Of a DNA stretch of 49,871 nt, positions 10,103 to 21,164 are shown piece after piece. The DNA comes from Promethearchaeota archaeon (lineage in GTDB: Archaea; Asgardarchaeota; Thorarchaeia; Thorarchaeales; Thorarchaeaceae). The stretch spans positions 1-49,871 of the forward strand of contig WJMJ01000080.1 in assembly GCA_014728035.1 (NCBI GenBank), read 5' to 3'. The position numbers were made by a program, and so were the translations under genes. The notes under the pieces are model-generated. The model saw only the letters and a list, made by a program, of their open reading frames with translations. It did not search any database and was not told the DNA's origin. Every line of letters starts with the position of its first letter. Within the stretch, counting starts at the first letter, position 1.

Positions 10103-13100
10103 TTGTTAACTGAAATAAAAAGGGGTCTAACATTGACACAGGAAAAGGACAGAGATGGTGTTTCATCCCAAAGCAGTCCACTTGATTTAGTTATCAATCT
10201 AGTTCAATCTCAGAGCGACCCAATCATTGTATGTTCTTCAAAACGTATTCACTATGTAAACAAAGCGCTTATCGAATTATTGAATCTCTCTATTCCACAG
10301 GAAGATATAGTCGGGATATCTCAAAATAGAACAATTCAAAGTTTATTTTCCAATATTTTCAACAACACATCAAACATCGAATCGAATGGTACTACATCTA
10401 TCTATATTGATGACAGGGAAGTACGATTAGGATATTCAATACTGACATATTCCAACAGTTCCAATTCGACATTGCATGTAGTTCGAATTTTTCATCTCGA
10501 CCCATCAACAAGAATAACCAGTGTGGAAAAAATTCCAACAAAGAGCAAAGAAGAGTCTGAAAGATTACATTTCTTCTTTAGACGAATTGCGCAGGCTTCA
10601 ATGCAGAGTGCAGGTCTGAAAGATTTTGGAAATCAGATTTTACAATTCATTCTTGATGAATTTAATTTTGACATCGGTTCGATTAGGATACTTGATGATA
10701 ATTCCTTGATTCTTGTCGCACATGCAGGTCTTACCGAGTTGGAATTGGGTAGGCTATCTCTGTCACTTAATTTATCTGAGGACAGGTTTCTTCCCATTCA
10801 GGTGATAAAGAGGGGTAAACCATTGATTTCTGAAGACTTGCAAAGAGATGAGAGAGTAAGGCATCATGTAGACCCCTTTAGAAGGTTAAACACCAGAGCT
10901 CACATCTCGTGGCCTATTTTTGGATCAGACGGAGAAGCTATTGGGCTAGTGAATCTTGGTGCTCATCATCCACAGAGTATGACTGATGAGTACCTTAGCA
11001 TGTTCAAGAGCGTCATGGCCGTATTTGCTATAACAATCGAACATCAGTTGTCTATTCAAGATGTAAGAAGTCAAGAACAACGTTTTGAGATCTTATTCCA
11101 AGAGTCTCCATTACCCGCAGTCATCCTTCAAATTGATGGAAGCAAAGTTAATCCTCTGATGGTGAATCAGCGTGCTAAGAACTTCCTGGGACTAGATACA
11201 ACAGATGTCCATGAAAAATTACTTGGTGACATCTTCCCTTTTTCAATTGAGTGTATCCTAGAAGATATCCAGTCTCTTATTGCGGGTACTGCACTGGTTA
11301 ATCGAGAATTAGAATACGAGCTAACAAATGGTTCTGAGAGAATCGTCAAACTACATTATTCTCTAATCACAGACGATACGACCTTACTCTATCTTACAGA
11401 TTTAACAAGACAGAAGAATATTGAAGCTGAACTTCGAGAAACTAATAGCGCGCTTGTTGACGAACGTAATATGTTCATTAGCGGGAAAGTAGTACTATAT
11501 CGTTCTGGTCCTGAAATGAAAGGAATTCCCAAGTATATTTCTCAAAATATCGAGGCAATGTTTGGATATACTGTTGAGGAATGGATGAGTGGAAATATCT
11601 CATATCTGGATATTGTACATCCTGAAGATATCCATAGAGTCAGGAACCACCTTTTGAGTAGTATTAACGATAACAAGGAGACCATTCAGCATAAGCCCTA
11701 TCGGGTATACCAAAAAGATGGTTCTATTATATGGGTAGACCACCATGTAGTGATATCCTATGATGATGAAGGAAATGTTTTGAACTTCACTGGTTATATG
11801 ATAGACGTTACAGATTTACAAGAAACCCAAGAAGCATTACGCCTCAGCGAGAGAAACTATCGTTCGTTATCATCCAACCTTCCACATGGATTGGTCGTTA
11901 TTGATGGTTCAAACATTCTTTACCATAATCCACAATTTGAAGTCATGTTTAGAGATATTCTTCCAGACAATTTCGAAAACAACATTGACAGTTTTTTATC
12001 CGCGTTTAACTCTAACACTGGGTTAACTCTTCAAGATATGATACAACAGGGTGAAGATAGCTCGAAGGAACTGCAATCTTCAGATTATTGGATTGCACTA
12101 TCTAGCAATGATATGATGTGGGTTAATGTAATCGTTTCTAAGATTAGTTTTGAGGGGATAGATGCGATTCAAATTCTAATATCCGATATATCAGAACGAA
12201 AAAAGATTGAGCGATCTATTGAGACTACTAATGCTCTATTGGTTTCAACAATTGAGGCAGTTTCTATTGGTGTTTTAGCAATCGATACGAAAGGCAATAT
12301 TTTATACATTAATGAATTCATGAAGGAATTATGGGATATTATAGATAATGAAGATCTTTCTGCGGAAGAATTGTTGGATCTATCTATTGACGTAATTGAA
12401 AATACAGATATTCTAAGAGATTTCTTCAATATGAAGGAATGTACTGGTAACAGAATCGAAAGGCTTTGTTTTTCAAATGGTACTGTACTTGAAATGACCT
12501 GTTCTACATTGAAAAGAGAGGGTCAAAAATTTGGAAGAATTATCTTTTTCAGAGATATCACTGATAGCGAACTCAACCGTTCGATTGCTGAAGCAATGAG
12601 TGATTTGGGTTTAATGTTAGGTGGTACTCATGAGCTAGGTGATACTTTCACAATCTTCCTGAAAACAGCTATTTCAGTATCTAACATGGACTTTGGAGCT
12701 CTCTATGTTTACAATCAAGATACTGACGAACTAGATATCACCTGTTTCCAAGGATTTGATTCAGATAAGGTTTCAAGGATTAGATATTTTCCTTTCGAAT
12801 CTCATATGTCCAAGCTCATTCGGAAAAAAGAAGTCCGTTACATGAAGTTTCATGAAAGTAATCTAGCAGAATTCAATATCCATCCCAAAAAAGTACCGTT
12901 ATCTATTGCTGCAATTCCGCTTACATTCAATGACCAACTTGTTGCTGCACTGATTGCAGGTAGTTATTCAGAATATGATATACCCAAGAGGTCTCGACTA
13001 GCATTGGAGAATATAGGTCATCAAATTGCCAGTGCTATGGCACGAGTGAAATTCGAAACCACACTTAGAGTGAATGAAGAACGTTATAGGGCAATTCTGC

Positions 13101-14065
13101 AATCTTTGAATGATATTGTCGTCATTGTTGATGAAGAAGAACGGGTATCTGATTTTTACATCAGTGAAAACTCCCAATGGCATTCTCGAATTATAGAGGT
13201 ACTAGGTCAGAAACTGGATGAGGTGATGGATGAACCCCTATACGATCAACTGATTTCATTAGTTAAAAAAACCCAAGTAACTCAAGAAGCGAATACCACT
13301 GAGATTCAGTTCGAATCTGACAATCAGGTGTACTACTTTTCTGTAAATGCAACTCCCCATCAAGACGGGAACAGTGTTGTTCTAGTAGGGAGAGACCTTA
13401 CAGAATCGAGACGAGCAATAGAACAACAGAAAGTTCAACAAATTGAACTTGAACTGTTTGCTTCCATTTTACGGCATGATTTAGGCAATGAGTTACAAAA
13501 TCTAATGCATTATCTGGAAATCATCAGTCTGGACTCTGCAGCTGCGGGAATAACGATTGAAAGTTCTGAAGTGGCTTTAAATCTAGTTGATAGAATGGGG
13601 AAAGTAATACGTCTTTTCAGTGAAGGGGAGGATAAAGCTGAAGACCATATTCTTGATCTATTGAATAATATTTCAGAGCAGGCAATGAAGACATTTCCTG
13701 AATTATCGATAGATATAGAATGTCCTGATTCATTCCAACGTACACGCGTTATCAGTGGAAGATTACTCTCAATGTGTTTCATGAACCTGTTTAGAAATTC
13801 TGTCCAACACTCAGATGGACCAGTCGAAATCAATATTCAAATTCAACAGAGAAATGGTGACATTTTGATTCAAATGAAAGATAATGGACCCGGTATCGAT
13901 CCAAGCATAAAAGACAAACTCTTTCAAAAGGGAATATCCACAAAAGGAGGTGGAATGGGTCTCTACTTGACACGTCAAGTTCTGAAAGCTTACGGCGGAT
14001 CTATCGAATTAATTGATGCTGATTCTGGAGCAATATTTGAGATTCGGTTGCCAATACTGACATAA
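10103..14065 (+). CDS. Cytoplasmic multi-PAS/GAF sensor histidine kinase
   Basis: Repeated PAS ends (DLT, DVT, DIS, DIT; VHPED), two GAF-like segments, H-box LRHDLGN, N-box NLFRNS, DNGPGI, GGGMGLYL. Confidence 0.9.
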   Translation: MLTEIKRGLTLTQEKDRDGVSSQSSPLDLVINLVQSQSDPIIVCSSKRIHYVNKALIELLNLSIPQEDIVGISQNRTIQSLFSNIFNNTSNIESNGTTSIYIDDREVRLGYSILTYSNSSNSTLHVVRIFHLDPSTRITSVEKIPTKSKEESERLHFFFRRIAQASMQSAGLKDFGNQILQFILDEFNFDIGSIRILDDNSLILVAHAGLTELELGRLSLSLNLSEDRFLPIQVIKRGKPLISEDLQRDERVRHHVDPFRRLNTRAHISWPIFGSDGEAIGLVNLGAHHPQSMTDEYLSMFKSVMAVFAITIEHQLSIQDVRSQEQRFEILFQESPLPAVILQIDGSKVNPLMVNQRAKNFLGLDTTDVHEKLLGDIFPFSIECILEDIQSLIAGTALVNRELEYELTNGSERIVKLHYSLITDDTTLLYLTDLTRQKNIEAELRETNSALVDERNMFISGKVVLYRSGPEMKGIPKYISQNIEAMFGYTVEEWMSGNISYLDIVHPEDIHRVRNHLLSSINDNKETIQHKPYRVYQKDGSIIWVDHHVVISYDDEGNVLNFTGYMIDVTDLQETQEALRLSERNYRSLSSNLPHGLVVIDGSNILYHNPQFEVMFRDILPDNFENNIDSFLSAFNSNTGLTLQDMIQQGEDSSKELQSSDYWIALSSNDMMWVNVIVSKISFEGIDAIQILISDISERKKIERSIETTNALLVSTIEAVSIGVLAIDTKGNILYINEFMKELWDIIDNEDLSAEELLDLSIDVIENTDILRDFFNMKECTGNRIERLCFSNGTVLEMTCSTLKREGQKFGRIIFFRDITDSELNRSIAEAMSDLGLMLGGTHELGDTFTIFLKTAISVSNMDFGALYVYNQDTDELDITCFQGFDSDKVSRIRYFPFESHMSKLIRKKEVRYMKFHESNLAEFNIHPKKVPLSIAAIPLTFNDQLVAALIAGSYSEYDIPKRSRLALENIGHQIASAMARVKFETTLRVNEERYRAILQSLNDIVVIVDEEERVSDFYISENSQWHSRIIEVLGQKLDEVMDEPLYDQLISLVKKTQVTQEANTTEIQFESDNQVYYFSVNATPHQDGNSVVLVGRDLTESRRAIEQQKVQQIELELFASILRHDLGNELQNLMHYLEIISLDSAAAGITIESSEVALNLVDRMGKVIRLFSEGEDKAEDHILDLLNNISEQAMKTFPELSIDIECPDSFQRTRVISGRLLSMCFMNLFRNSVQHSDGPVEINIQIQQRNGDILIQMKDNGPGIDPSIKDKLFQKGISTKGGGMGLYLTRQVLKAYGGSIELIDADSGAIFEIRLPILT

Positions 14066-14095
14066 CCTGTCACTGATTGGAAGGTTTATCAGCGG

Positions 14096-14731
14096 GTGAA
14101 TCTTTGCACCACTGTGAGTCATACGATGACCCTAATTGAAAATACACGATATAGCGAATTAAAAAACAAACCAGTTTTCGATTCCAAAGGTGTAAAACTT
14201 GGCAGAGTTATAGACATTGTATTTTCAACAACTGATTCCGTGATTTCAATCAATTCAATTGTTTTGGGAGATTCCCCCTTTGAGGAATTTTTAGAAAAAA
14301 TAGGTTCCAAACCAGATATGGATCCGATAATATGTAAGACATACATCAAATCAATCGACGAAGATATAGAATTAACAGATACAAAAGACAGTATTGCTGA
14401 AGATTTTGATAAGTGTAAATTGGATGATACTCTCTGGACTTTTACGAAACTTGCTAAACTTCCTATTGTTGATTCTAATGGAAATGAAATTGGCAATATA
14501 ATCGATGTATGGTTTGACTCATCCGGGGGGATTTGGTTTATTGTAGGTGGCGGGACTATTGAGGAAATTCTAGAAAAAGTTGGAATTCTTCCTGATATTG
14601 ACCTCTTAGTTTCTCCAAGAACGATAAAAGAGTTCACTCAAGATGCAATTACAATCACATGGAATGTTGATGATATCGAAGCTGCTTGTGAGAATGCTCC
14701 GGATTCATCGGAAATTATGATTCGCAGTTAG
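14096..14731 (+). CDS. Tandem PRC-barrel domain protein
   Basis: Two repeats of the L-x-x-x-P-V/I-x-D-S-x-G-x-x-L/I-G-x-V/I-x-D pattern. Confidence 0.8.
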   Translation: MNLCTTVSHTMTLIENTRYSELKNKPVFDSKGVKLGRVIDIVFSTTDSVISINSIVLGDSPFEEFLEKIGSKPDMDPIICKTYIKSIDEDIELTDTKDSIAEDFDKCKLDDTLWTFTKLAKLPIVDSNGNEIGNIIDVWFDSSGGIWFIVGGGTIEEILEKVGILPDIDLLVSPRTIKEFTQDAITITWNVDDIEAACENAPDSSEIMIRS

Positions 14732-14751
14732 CTAGGTTCTGTGTGCTTGTT

Positions 14752-15441
14752 CTACTGGAATTCGATATCTTGTACTATCAAATTCTCAATCCATCGGAAT
14801 GTGAACTTAGAAAGTGCATATCCAAACAAAAAGATGCTTGCTGAGACTGTTGCAACTATCCATCCAGTGAGTAGAATGAACTCGAATGGTTGTACAGCTA
14901 CTGTTACTAGCATAATACCACAGAGCATTTGAACAATAATCCATTTCGTGAAATCTCTAGTCGTTCTATCTGCAATACGTTTGTCTATTTCTGAAAGAAA
15001 TTCTGCACTTAGCTTCCAAATTTCATTAAGGTAATATTCAATGTTGTAGAGTCTATGAGGTCCTGAGAAGAAGACAAAGCTAAGCACACCTCCAATCATT
15101 ATCTCAAATAATAGTGGAGGTGCAAATGGATAAAAAGCATCGAAAGCTGAAAGAAATATTAGTGACACTAGAATGGTAAGTATTGGTCCTGGTTTTGATA
15201 ACCAACTCATACCTATACGAGTTTGATACCTTAGATTGAGTTCGGGACGTGTTAGTAATTTGAAGGATTGACTATTTTCTGGATTTTCAGTTTTTTCTTC
15301 GTCTTGCAAATTCAAAACAAAATATCGCACTCTTGGAATCGAGGGAATACGATTTAATCCACCGATGAAAATGGCAAAACCTATCGCAACCAATATTATT
15401 GCAAGAATTTCCATTAGTGAACACCAAATAAGTATCATCAA
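14752..15441 (-). CDS. Hypothetical membrane protein
   Basis: 229-aa ORF with several hydrophobic helices, co-directional downstream of the helicase. Confidence 0.6.
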   Translation of the reverse strand: MMILIWCSLMEILAIILVAIGFAIFIGGLNRIPSIPRVRYFVLNLQDEEKTENPENSQSFKLLTRPELNLRYQTRIGMSWLSKPGPILTILVSLIFLSAFDAFYPFAPPLLFEIMIGGVLSFVFFSGPHRLYNIEYYLNEIWKLSAEFLSEIDKRIADRTTRDFTKWIIVQMLCGIMLVTVAVQPFEFILLTGWIVATVSASIFLFGYALSKFTFRWIENLIVQDIEFQ

Positions 15442-15462
15442 ACCATCTTATAGGTGTCACGA

Positions 15463-18207
15463 TTATTTCCATCGACTGATTCTTTGTGATTTTGGAACAA
15501 ATGCAGCTGACAGAGATTGTGTACGTGCCCGTAACAAAATCATTCTCCCCTCTTGATGCCTTGTATAGACCAATCTGGCGTTACCAATCTTTTCATTCCA
15601 GTATTTGGCAAACTTTTCTGCAAATTCCTTTCGAGTCCCTACTTCTTTTGGAACTGCGTGATAGTCTTTTCGATCGATTGTTTTCCAGATACTTTTTCGA
15701 ATCAATAAATATCTAGGATTTTCTATCGGATCCAGTACTTCTTGCAATGCTCTCAAGTAGTTTGCCTTTTCACGGCTGGTTCCTCCTTCAATATGACAGA
15801 GGACAATACCGTATTCTCCTTCTTCAGTCACAACTCTAACATCTTGATATGGAGTTTTAATTTCTCCAATCTCGCATAGTGTTTTAAGAACAACTTCTCC
15901 AACTTTTTGCATACTGGTTTTGATTGGTCCATTTCTAATGAAGAGATATAGTACCTTCAAAAATTTTGGGAGGAATATGATTGCTGCAATAAGGAAGATG
16001 ATGGCTAACCCCCATAGTAGTACTTCAACACTATCTAAACCTCTTAATCCTCTAAGAACTTCTGAGAAGTAGTATCCCATTAATAATACACTTTCCCAAA
16101 ATAGAGCTGAAATTGTATTTTTGAATACAAAACTACGCGGTAATCTTTCTGGAGGTGACTTGATTTCTTCAACCTGTTTGACATCTATCTCTCCTATCTT
16201 CAAAGCTCTTTCCCAAGACTCACGCATTCTAGCTCGATCATATGCACGCTCGATCATATCACTATTAATTTCATACACATCTGATTCTGAATATGGTGGA
16301 TTCTGAAGGACTATTCTATCCAATCCACTTTGTATCACGGGAGCACCAAAAGTTGGTCCCAAGAAAGCTCTGAATCTTCTTTTCATAGTCTGATAATCTG
16401 GTCCAGGGTTTCTCTTTCCAGTTTCAACACATACTAGGTGCCAAACGTTTGCTGTCTTGAAGGGATTTCCGCGTTGAGTTCTAATTGCTCTTCCTCGCAT
16501 TTGATTAGACAGCATATACGAACCAACGAATGTAGCTAGAAGCAATGTGTTGATAAATGGAGCATCCCAACCCTCACCAAGAAGTGCTTTCGTTCCAATC
16601 AGGACATGGACACCTCCACGTGAAAAGAATTCTGTGATTAAATCCACCTTCTTATGATTATCCCTACCTCCTATATCCACTTCATAATAATCGTCAGTAT
16701 GAGGGAGTTGTTTCAAAGAAATACTACTTTGGTCGATATCGCATTCTTCTAAGCAACTCCAAAGGATGTTCTCTGATGACTTAGGGATAATGATAAGTGA
16801 CCCACTGAGTATCCCAATTTTCAGGTCTTCGATATTCTCTCTACGCAATCCCTCAAAGATTGGTACTGCTCCCATTTTTGTCAGAGGTACCTCTTCTTCT
16901 TTAGAACGAGGCATGAACGGTTTCCGTATGTAATCTGTTAGGATTACTGCCTTGAGTTCAGTAGCAAGCGATTCGTATTCGATGTTGATTATGTCTTTGA
17001 TACTTTGTAGTTTTGATATACTTCTTTTCAATATCTTTTCTAGGTCTTTCTTTCTCTCTAATCGAACTCTTCTTCTGTGGACTAGACCAATTGATCTGAT
17101 TTGTTTCCCTATTTTCTCTAGTTCTTTAGGTGTATCTTTTTCTTTATGAAATACGATTCCCTGTAGAAGAATCTCGATCCATTCTTCATCTAACTCTGGT
17201 AGATTCTTTGGAGAGTCTGTCATTAAATGCAGCGTTTCTACAGGAATTTCGATATCATAGTGATTGAGAAAAATCAACATAGCTGAGAATATTTGGGGTT
17301 CTTCTAAAATCGCTTCTACATATCCTTCTGAATGTTGAATCCACGGATGGGATGAAATGTAGTTTTTGAAATCATTGTTCTCTCCTAATTTCTCTACTAA
17401 TTCTCTATATCGTTGTCTGAAAGCATCTATCTCATCTCGTTCACCTTCCGAAGGTGTGGAAAACATGATGTAATCTTGATGCGGACAAAGGTTGTTCTCC
17501 ATAACTAATTCTGGTACAGCTACTTCTGCATCTATATCTCCACAGAGTTCATAGTATCTTTCCCATTCAAAATGTGATACATCATAGGGTGGAGTGGCTG
17601 TGAGTGCTAGTATCTTTGGATTTCCAATCTCTTCGATGACTTGAGTCAAACTTATCCACCATGCAGATCGCAAATGGTGAGCCTCGTCAACTACGACTGT
17701 TGCTATCCCTATTGACTTAAGCATCCGAGCTAATTCAGATATGTCTTCTTGATGTTGTAATTCAGATTCATCTTTACTTTGTTTAATCCATGGATGTTCA
17801 AATTCTTCTGCTTCCTCGGTTTCATCATCAAGCTCTTCGCTTAGTTCTTCTTCCTCTTCTCCTGTTAAAGCAGAGTGGAGCCCTTGATAGGTGGATACAG
17901 TGAAGAATCTGGGATTTCGGATATCCAAGGATATCCAATCGTACTCACCTTGACCATCAGGTAAAAACATCTTTTCAAGTCGTTCTACCCATTGGTCTCG
18001 AATGGCAAGCGTAGGTGTAAGAACAAGGGTTGGTTTATTAATTCTGGTTACAACCTCTAACCCAAGAACTGTTTTTCCAGACCCAGGAGCTGCTACTACA
18101 TGTAGTCTATCATCATCTAGATATATCTCCAGTTCATCTAAAATTCGCTTTTGATATGGTCTCCATGGAAATCGAAATTTTGTTCCTTTTGGAAAAGATT
18201 GTACCAC
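15463..18207 (-). CDS. SF2 DEAD/DEAH-box helicase (ResIII-like) with a C-terminal hydrophobic hairpin
   Basis: Q motif WRPYQ, Walker A APGSGKT, DEAHH, LTATP, GEGWDAP, QMRGRAIR; hydrophobic segments at about aa 695-755. Confidence 0.9.
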   Translation of the reverse strand: MVQSFPKGTKFRFPWRPYQKRILDELEIYLDDDRLHVVAAPGSGKTVLGLEVVTRINKPTLVLTPTLAIRDQWVERLEKMFLPDGQGEYDWISLDIRNPRFFTVSTYQGLHSALTGEEEEELSEELDDETEEAEEFEHPWIKQSKDESELQHQEDISELARMLKSIGIATVVVDEAHHLRSAWWISLTQVIEEIGNPKILALTATPPYDVSHFEWERYYELCGDIDAEVAVPELVMENNLCPHQDYIMFSTPSEGERDEIDAFRQRYRELVEKLGENNDFKNYISSHPWIQHSEGYVEAILEEPQIFSAMLIFLNHYDIEIPVETLHLMTDSPKNLPELDEEWIEILLQGIVFHKEKDTPKELEKIGKQIRSIGLVHRRRVRLERKKDLEKILKRSISKLQSIKDIINIEYESLATELKAVILTDYIRKPFMPRSKEEEVPLTKMGAVPIFEGLRRENIEDLKIGILSGSLIIIPKSSENILWSCLEECDIDQSSISLKQLPHTDDYYEVDIGGRDNHKKVDLITEFFSRGGVHVLIGTKALLGEGWDAPFINTLLLATFVGSYMLSNQMRGRAIRTQRGNPFKTANVWHLVCVETGKRNPGPDYQTMKRRFRAFLGPTFGAPVIQSGLDRIVLQNPPYSESDVYEINSDMIERAYDRARMRESWERALKIGEIDVKQVEEIKSPPERLPRSFVFKNTISALFWESVLLMGYYFSEVLRGLRGLDSVEVLLWGLAIIFLIAAIIFLPKFLKVLYLFIRNGPIKTSMQKVGEVVLKTLCEIGEIKTPYQDVRVVTEEGEYGIVLCHIEGGTSREKANYLRALQEVLDPIENPRYLLIRKSIWKTIDRKDYHAVPKEVGTRKEFAEKFAKYWNEKIGNARLVYTRHQEGRMILLRARTQSLSAAFVPKSQRISRWK

Positions 18208-18385
18208 CGTGTATCCCTTGAACTATTTTGAATCACACAAATTCTTCGATATGATTCTAAATTAAAACTGTTTTGACATAAAATAATCTCTTTGGTTATC
18301 AGTGGATACACATTACTATTAAATTAGTGAAGCATTAGTTCAATATGGACCAAAATAAATTTCATTGAACAGCTGGGACTATTAA

Positions 18386-19825
18386 ATGAGTGGAGAAAAG
18401 AAAAAAGCAAAGTCTAATGACGATTCATATATCGGCCCTAATGAACTGAAGACTATCCTATTTAACAATGTACTTGTTGGACTAGGTGCTGCTCGTGGTA
18501 GTGATGGTCAGATGATCATTACAAATGATTGTCTCTCTGAAATTTTTGGATATGAATCCCCCTCTGAGTTTCTTGAGGAATTCAAAACTACTGAAATGTG
18601 GAAAAATCCAGTATCTCGCCAACATATGTATAATGCAATGAAGGAACAAGGCCATGTCGATGGATTTGAAGCTGAACTACTCCGTAAGGACGGTTCAAGT
18701 TTTTGGGCACGCTGGGCAGGAAAACTTATTCCTGGTACAAATCTCCTCGCTGGAGCGGTAATTGATATTTCAAAAGAAAAAGAACTTCTAACATCCTTAC
18801 AATCAATAGAAAGGAAGTATACAGCTCTTATTGACAGTAAATTAATCGGTATTCAGATTGTGAAAACAAAACCTTTGAATATTCAATTTGTAAATTCTAC
18901 TGTTTATTCTATAACAGGCTATTCCCAAGAGGAATTGCAAACTCTTGTAAATAGTGGGATATTATCAATAATCCATCCTGATGACAGAGAACGTATTTCA
19001 AAAATATTTACTGAATCCGTAGAAGATTTCAAAGGTTCATCATACGATTTCCGTCTTAAGAGAAAAGATGGTGAATGGATTTGGGTTCGAAATCAAATTT
19101 CTCTCATTGAATATGACCCTCGTCCAACCTATATGGTCACACTCATTGACATCACATCAGAAATTGAAGCAAGGGAATGTAGAGCACAACTTCAAGAAGC
19201 TGAACTTTATGCTGGTATTTTAACACATGACCTTGGAAATGACATTCAGACAATTATGAGTTTTATAGACATTGCAGAAATGGACATTCCCAAGGATAAT
19301 CCTGTTTTAGTCAAAGCTTTTCAATCAGTCAACAACGCAATTGACAGAATGCAATATCTTCTCAAAGCATTCAAGTTGGATGGATCATGTGTTTCAAAAA
19401 AGATTTCAAAGATACTCACTCATGTTGTTGAGGAAACGTCAACTACCTACCCATCTCTTTCAATTGATCTGCATATCAACAAGTCCGCCCAGAATTCAGA
19501 AGTTAGGAAACGTCAACTATTACCTTTAGTTTTTGAGAATCTAATAAGAAATACAATCGAGGCATCCGGACCCTCAGCACATATTTCAATTTCGCTGGAT
19601 AAAAGAAATGACATATTGGAAATATTATATTTTGATAATGGCTCAGAAACTGCTCAACATCTGCAATCAACGCTCTTCAAACGTGGGACTACCAGTTCTT
19701 CCTTTGGGTTTGGTCTGAATCTTGCAAGGAAGATTGTTACGGGTTATGGTGGTTCAATCGAGTTTGTGGCTCCAGGGGTTAAAAAGAAAACTGGAGTTCG
19801 AATCCAGCTACCGATATCGAAATAA
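18386..19825 (+). CDS. PAS-PAS sensor histidine kinase
   Basis: Two PAS domains (RKDGSSFW; IHPDD...RKDGEWIW), THDLGND, ENLIRN, DNG, GFGLNL. Confidence 0.85.
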   Translation: MSGEKKKAKSNDDSYIGPNELKTILFNNVLVGLGAARGSDGQMIITNDCLSEIFGYESPSEFLEEFKTTEMWKNPVSRQHMYNAMKEQGHVDGFEAELLRKDGSSFWARWAGKLIPGTNLLAGAVIDISKEKELLTSLQSIERKYTALIDSKLIGIQIVKTKPLNIQFVNSTVYSITGYSQEELQTLVNSGILSIIHPDDRERISKIFTESVEDFKGSSYDFRLKRKDGEWIWVRNQISLIEYDPRPTYMVTLIDITSEIEARECRAQLQEAELYAGILTHDLGNDIQTIMSFIDIAEMDIPKDNPVLVKAFQSVNNAIDRMQYLLKAFKLDGSCVSKKISKILTHVVEETSTTYPSLSIDLHINKSAQNSEVRKRQLLPLVFENLIRNTIEASGPSAHISISLDKRNDILEILYFDNGSETAQHLQSTLFKRGTTSSSFGFGLNLARKIVTGYGGSIEFVAPGVKKKTGVRIQLPISK

Positions 19826-20213
19826 AAATTTTCCAGAAGTCAAGTTGTAGACTAAAAAGGTTAATTTTTCTTATCCTTTAAGAATTCCCTTTCTCGAATC
19901 TCTATAGCTTGAAGATATTTTGGAGAACCGAATCATAAATAAAAGAGCTATCGAAGCTTGACTGGATATTATGGAATGTATATTTCAGCTATCTATTTTC
20001 TACAGATAATTGATTCTTTTTGTGCTTATTGGAGAGAGTATCCTTCCTATGCATGCAATCACTTCAGAGCGACGCATGTTTTCAGATCGATTTTGTCTAT
20101 AATATGTTTTATAAAAAAGGTGCAAAATATATTTACAGTAGACATTACAAATAGTCCTATATATTACAAATTGTTTCTTTTTAGTGGTTGCAATATATTG
20201 GAGGTTCCCTAAA

Positions 20214-20804
20214 TTGACTGGTCCACCCGGCAAACAATTCAAAATATCTCTCATTGGAGATGGTCAGGTGGGAAAGACCAGTCTACGAAGACGGTATCTC
20301 GATGAGATATTCAAAGCGTCTTACATCCCTACGTTAGGTGTTGACTTTGCTCAGAAGCAGATTGAAGTAGATGGCACTCCTGTTCGCTTAGTTATCTGGG
20401 ATATAGCTGGACAACCTCTTTTCAAAAATCTTAGACGCCAATACTATCAGGGATGTTCAGGACTGATTTTAGTCTATTCTGTCGCAGAGCCTGAAACCTT
20501 TGATAATGCCTCAAAATGGCTTGTTGAAGCATTTGAGTATATGAACAGGCTTCCCCCTCTAATTGTTGTTGGTAATAAGGTCGATCTTCGCCCAAGTTTA
20601 ACGACAAAAACTTCCGTATCATATGAAGAAGGAGCAGCATTTGCCAAACGATTCAGTGAGAGTATGAATACTCAAACTATCTTTATCGAAACGTCAGCAA
20701 AGACTGGAAAAAATGTTGACGAAGCCTTTGCATCGCTTGTCAGGATTCTATTGAAAAATCTGGATGCTAGCATGGACAAAGAGAAACCCAAACTCCGATT
20801 ATGA
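20214..20804 (+). CDS. Rab/Ras-like small GTPase (eukaryotic signature protein)
   Basis: G1 GDGQVGKTS, switch I YIPTLGVDF, G3 WDIAGQ, G4 NKVD, G5 ETSAK. TTG start at 20214 follows a GGAGG SD (track start 20184). No C-terminal Cys. Confidence 0.92.
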   Translation: MTGPPGKQFKISLIGDGQVGKTSLRRRYLDEIFKASYIPTLGVDFAQKQIEVDGTPVRLVIWDIAGQPLFKNLRRQYYQGCSGLILVYSVAEPETFDNASKWLVEAFEYMNRLPPLIVVGNKVDLRPSLTTKTSVSYEEGAAFAKRFSESMNTQTIFIETSAKTGKNVDEAFASLVRILLKNLDASMDKEKPKLRL

Positions 20805-21164
20805 TTACGTACTTTTACTTTCGCTGAAAAGTCCATTTGGATTTTTCTAAATTCGATATCTAAGATTCTTGGACATGTTGTGACTGACTATTTTGTGGAA
20901 AGCTACCTATGGCGTGGAATTCGTAGATTTACAAGGATTCTTTTCAAACGTCCATGGTCCGAATTAGCTCCACATATGGATACACTGCGAAGAAAGCTAA
21001 TTTATCATAGAGATGGATATACACTTCGAGAACTTGAAAGTATAGTTTAGAAATCAGCTGAATGACCTGCCTTACAATATTAGCAACTCAGGATAGATAA
21101 CTTGATAGCATATCTTATTGCGCTATAAAGAAAATCGTAGAGGAGCATATTGCTCCTCTGGCAT

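Noticed and set aside
19958-20254. 84-aa ORFs on both strands upstream of the Rab gene
   Set aside because: AT-rich promoter region, atypical composition, overlapping the Rab start.
20802-20804. Rab TGA as selenocysteine
   Set aside because: Not at a Cys-equivalent position, the GTPase is already complete, and no SECIS-like core was seen downstream.
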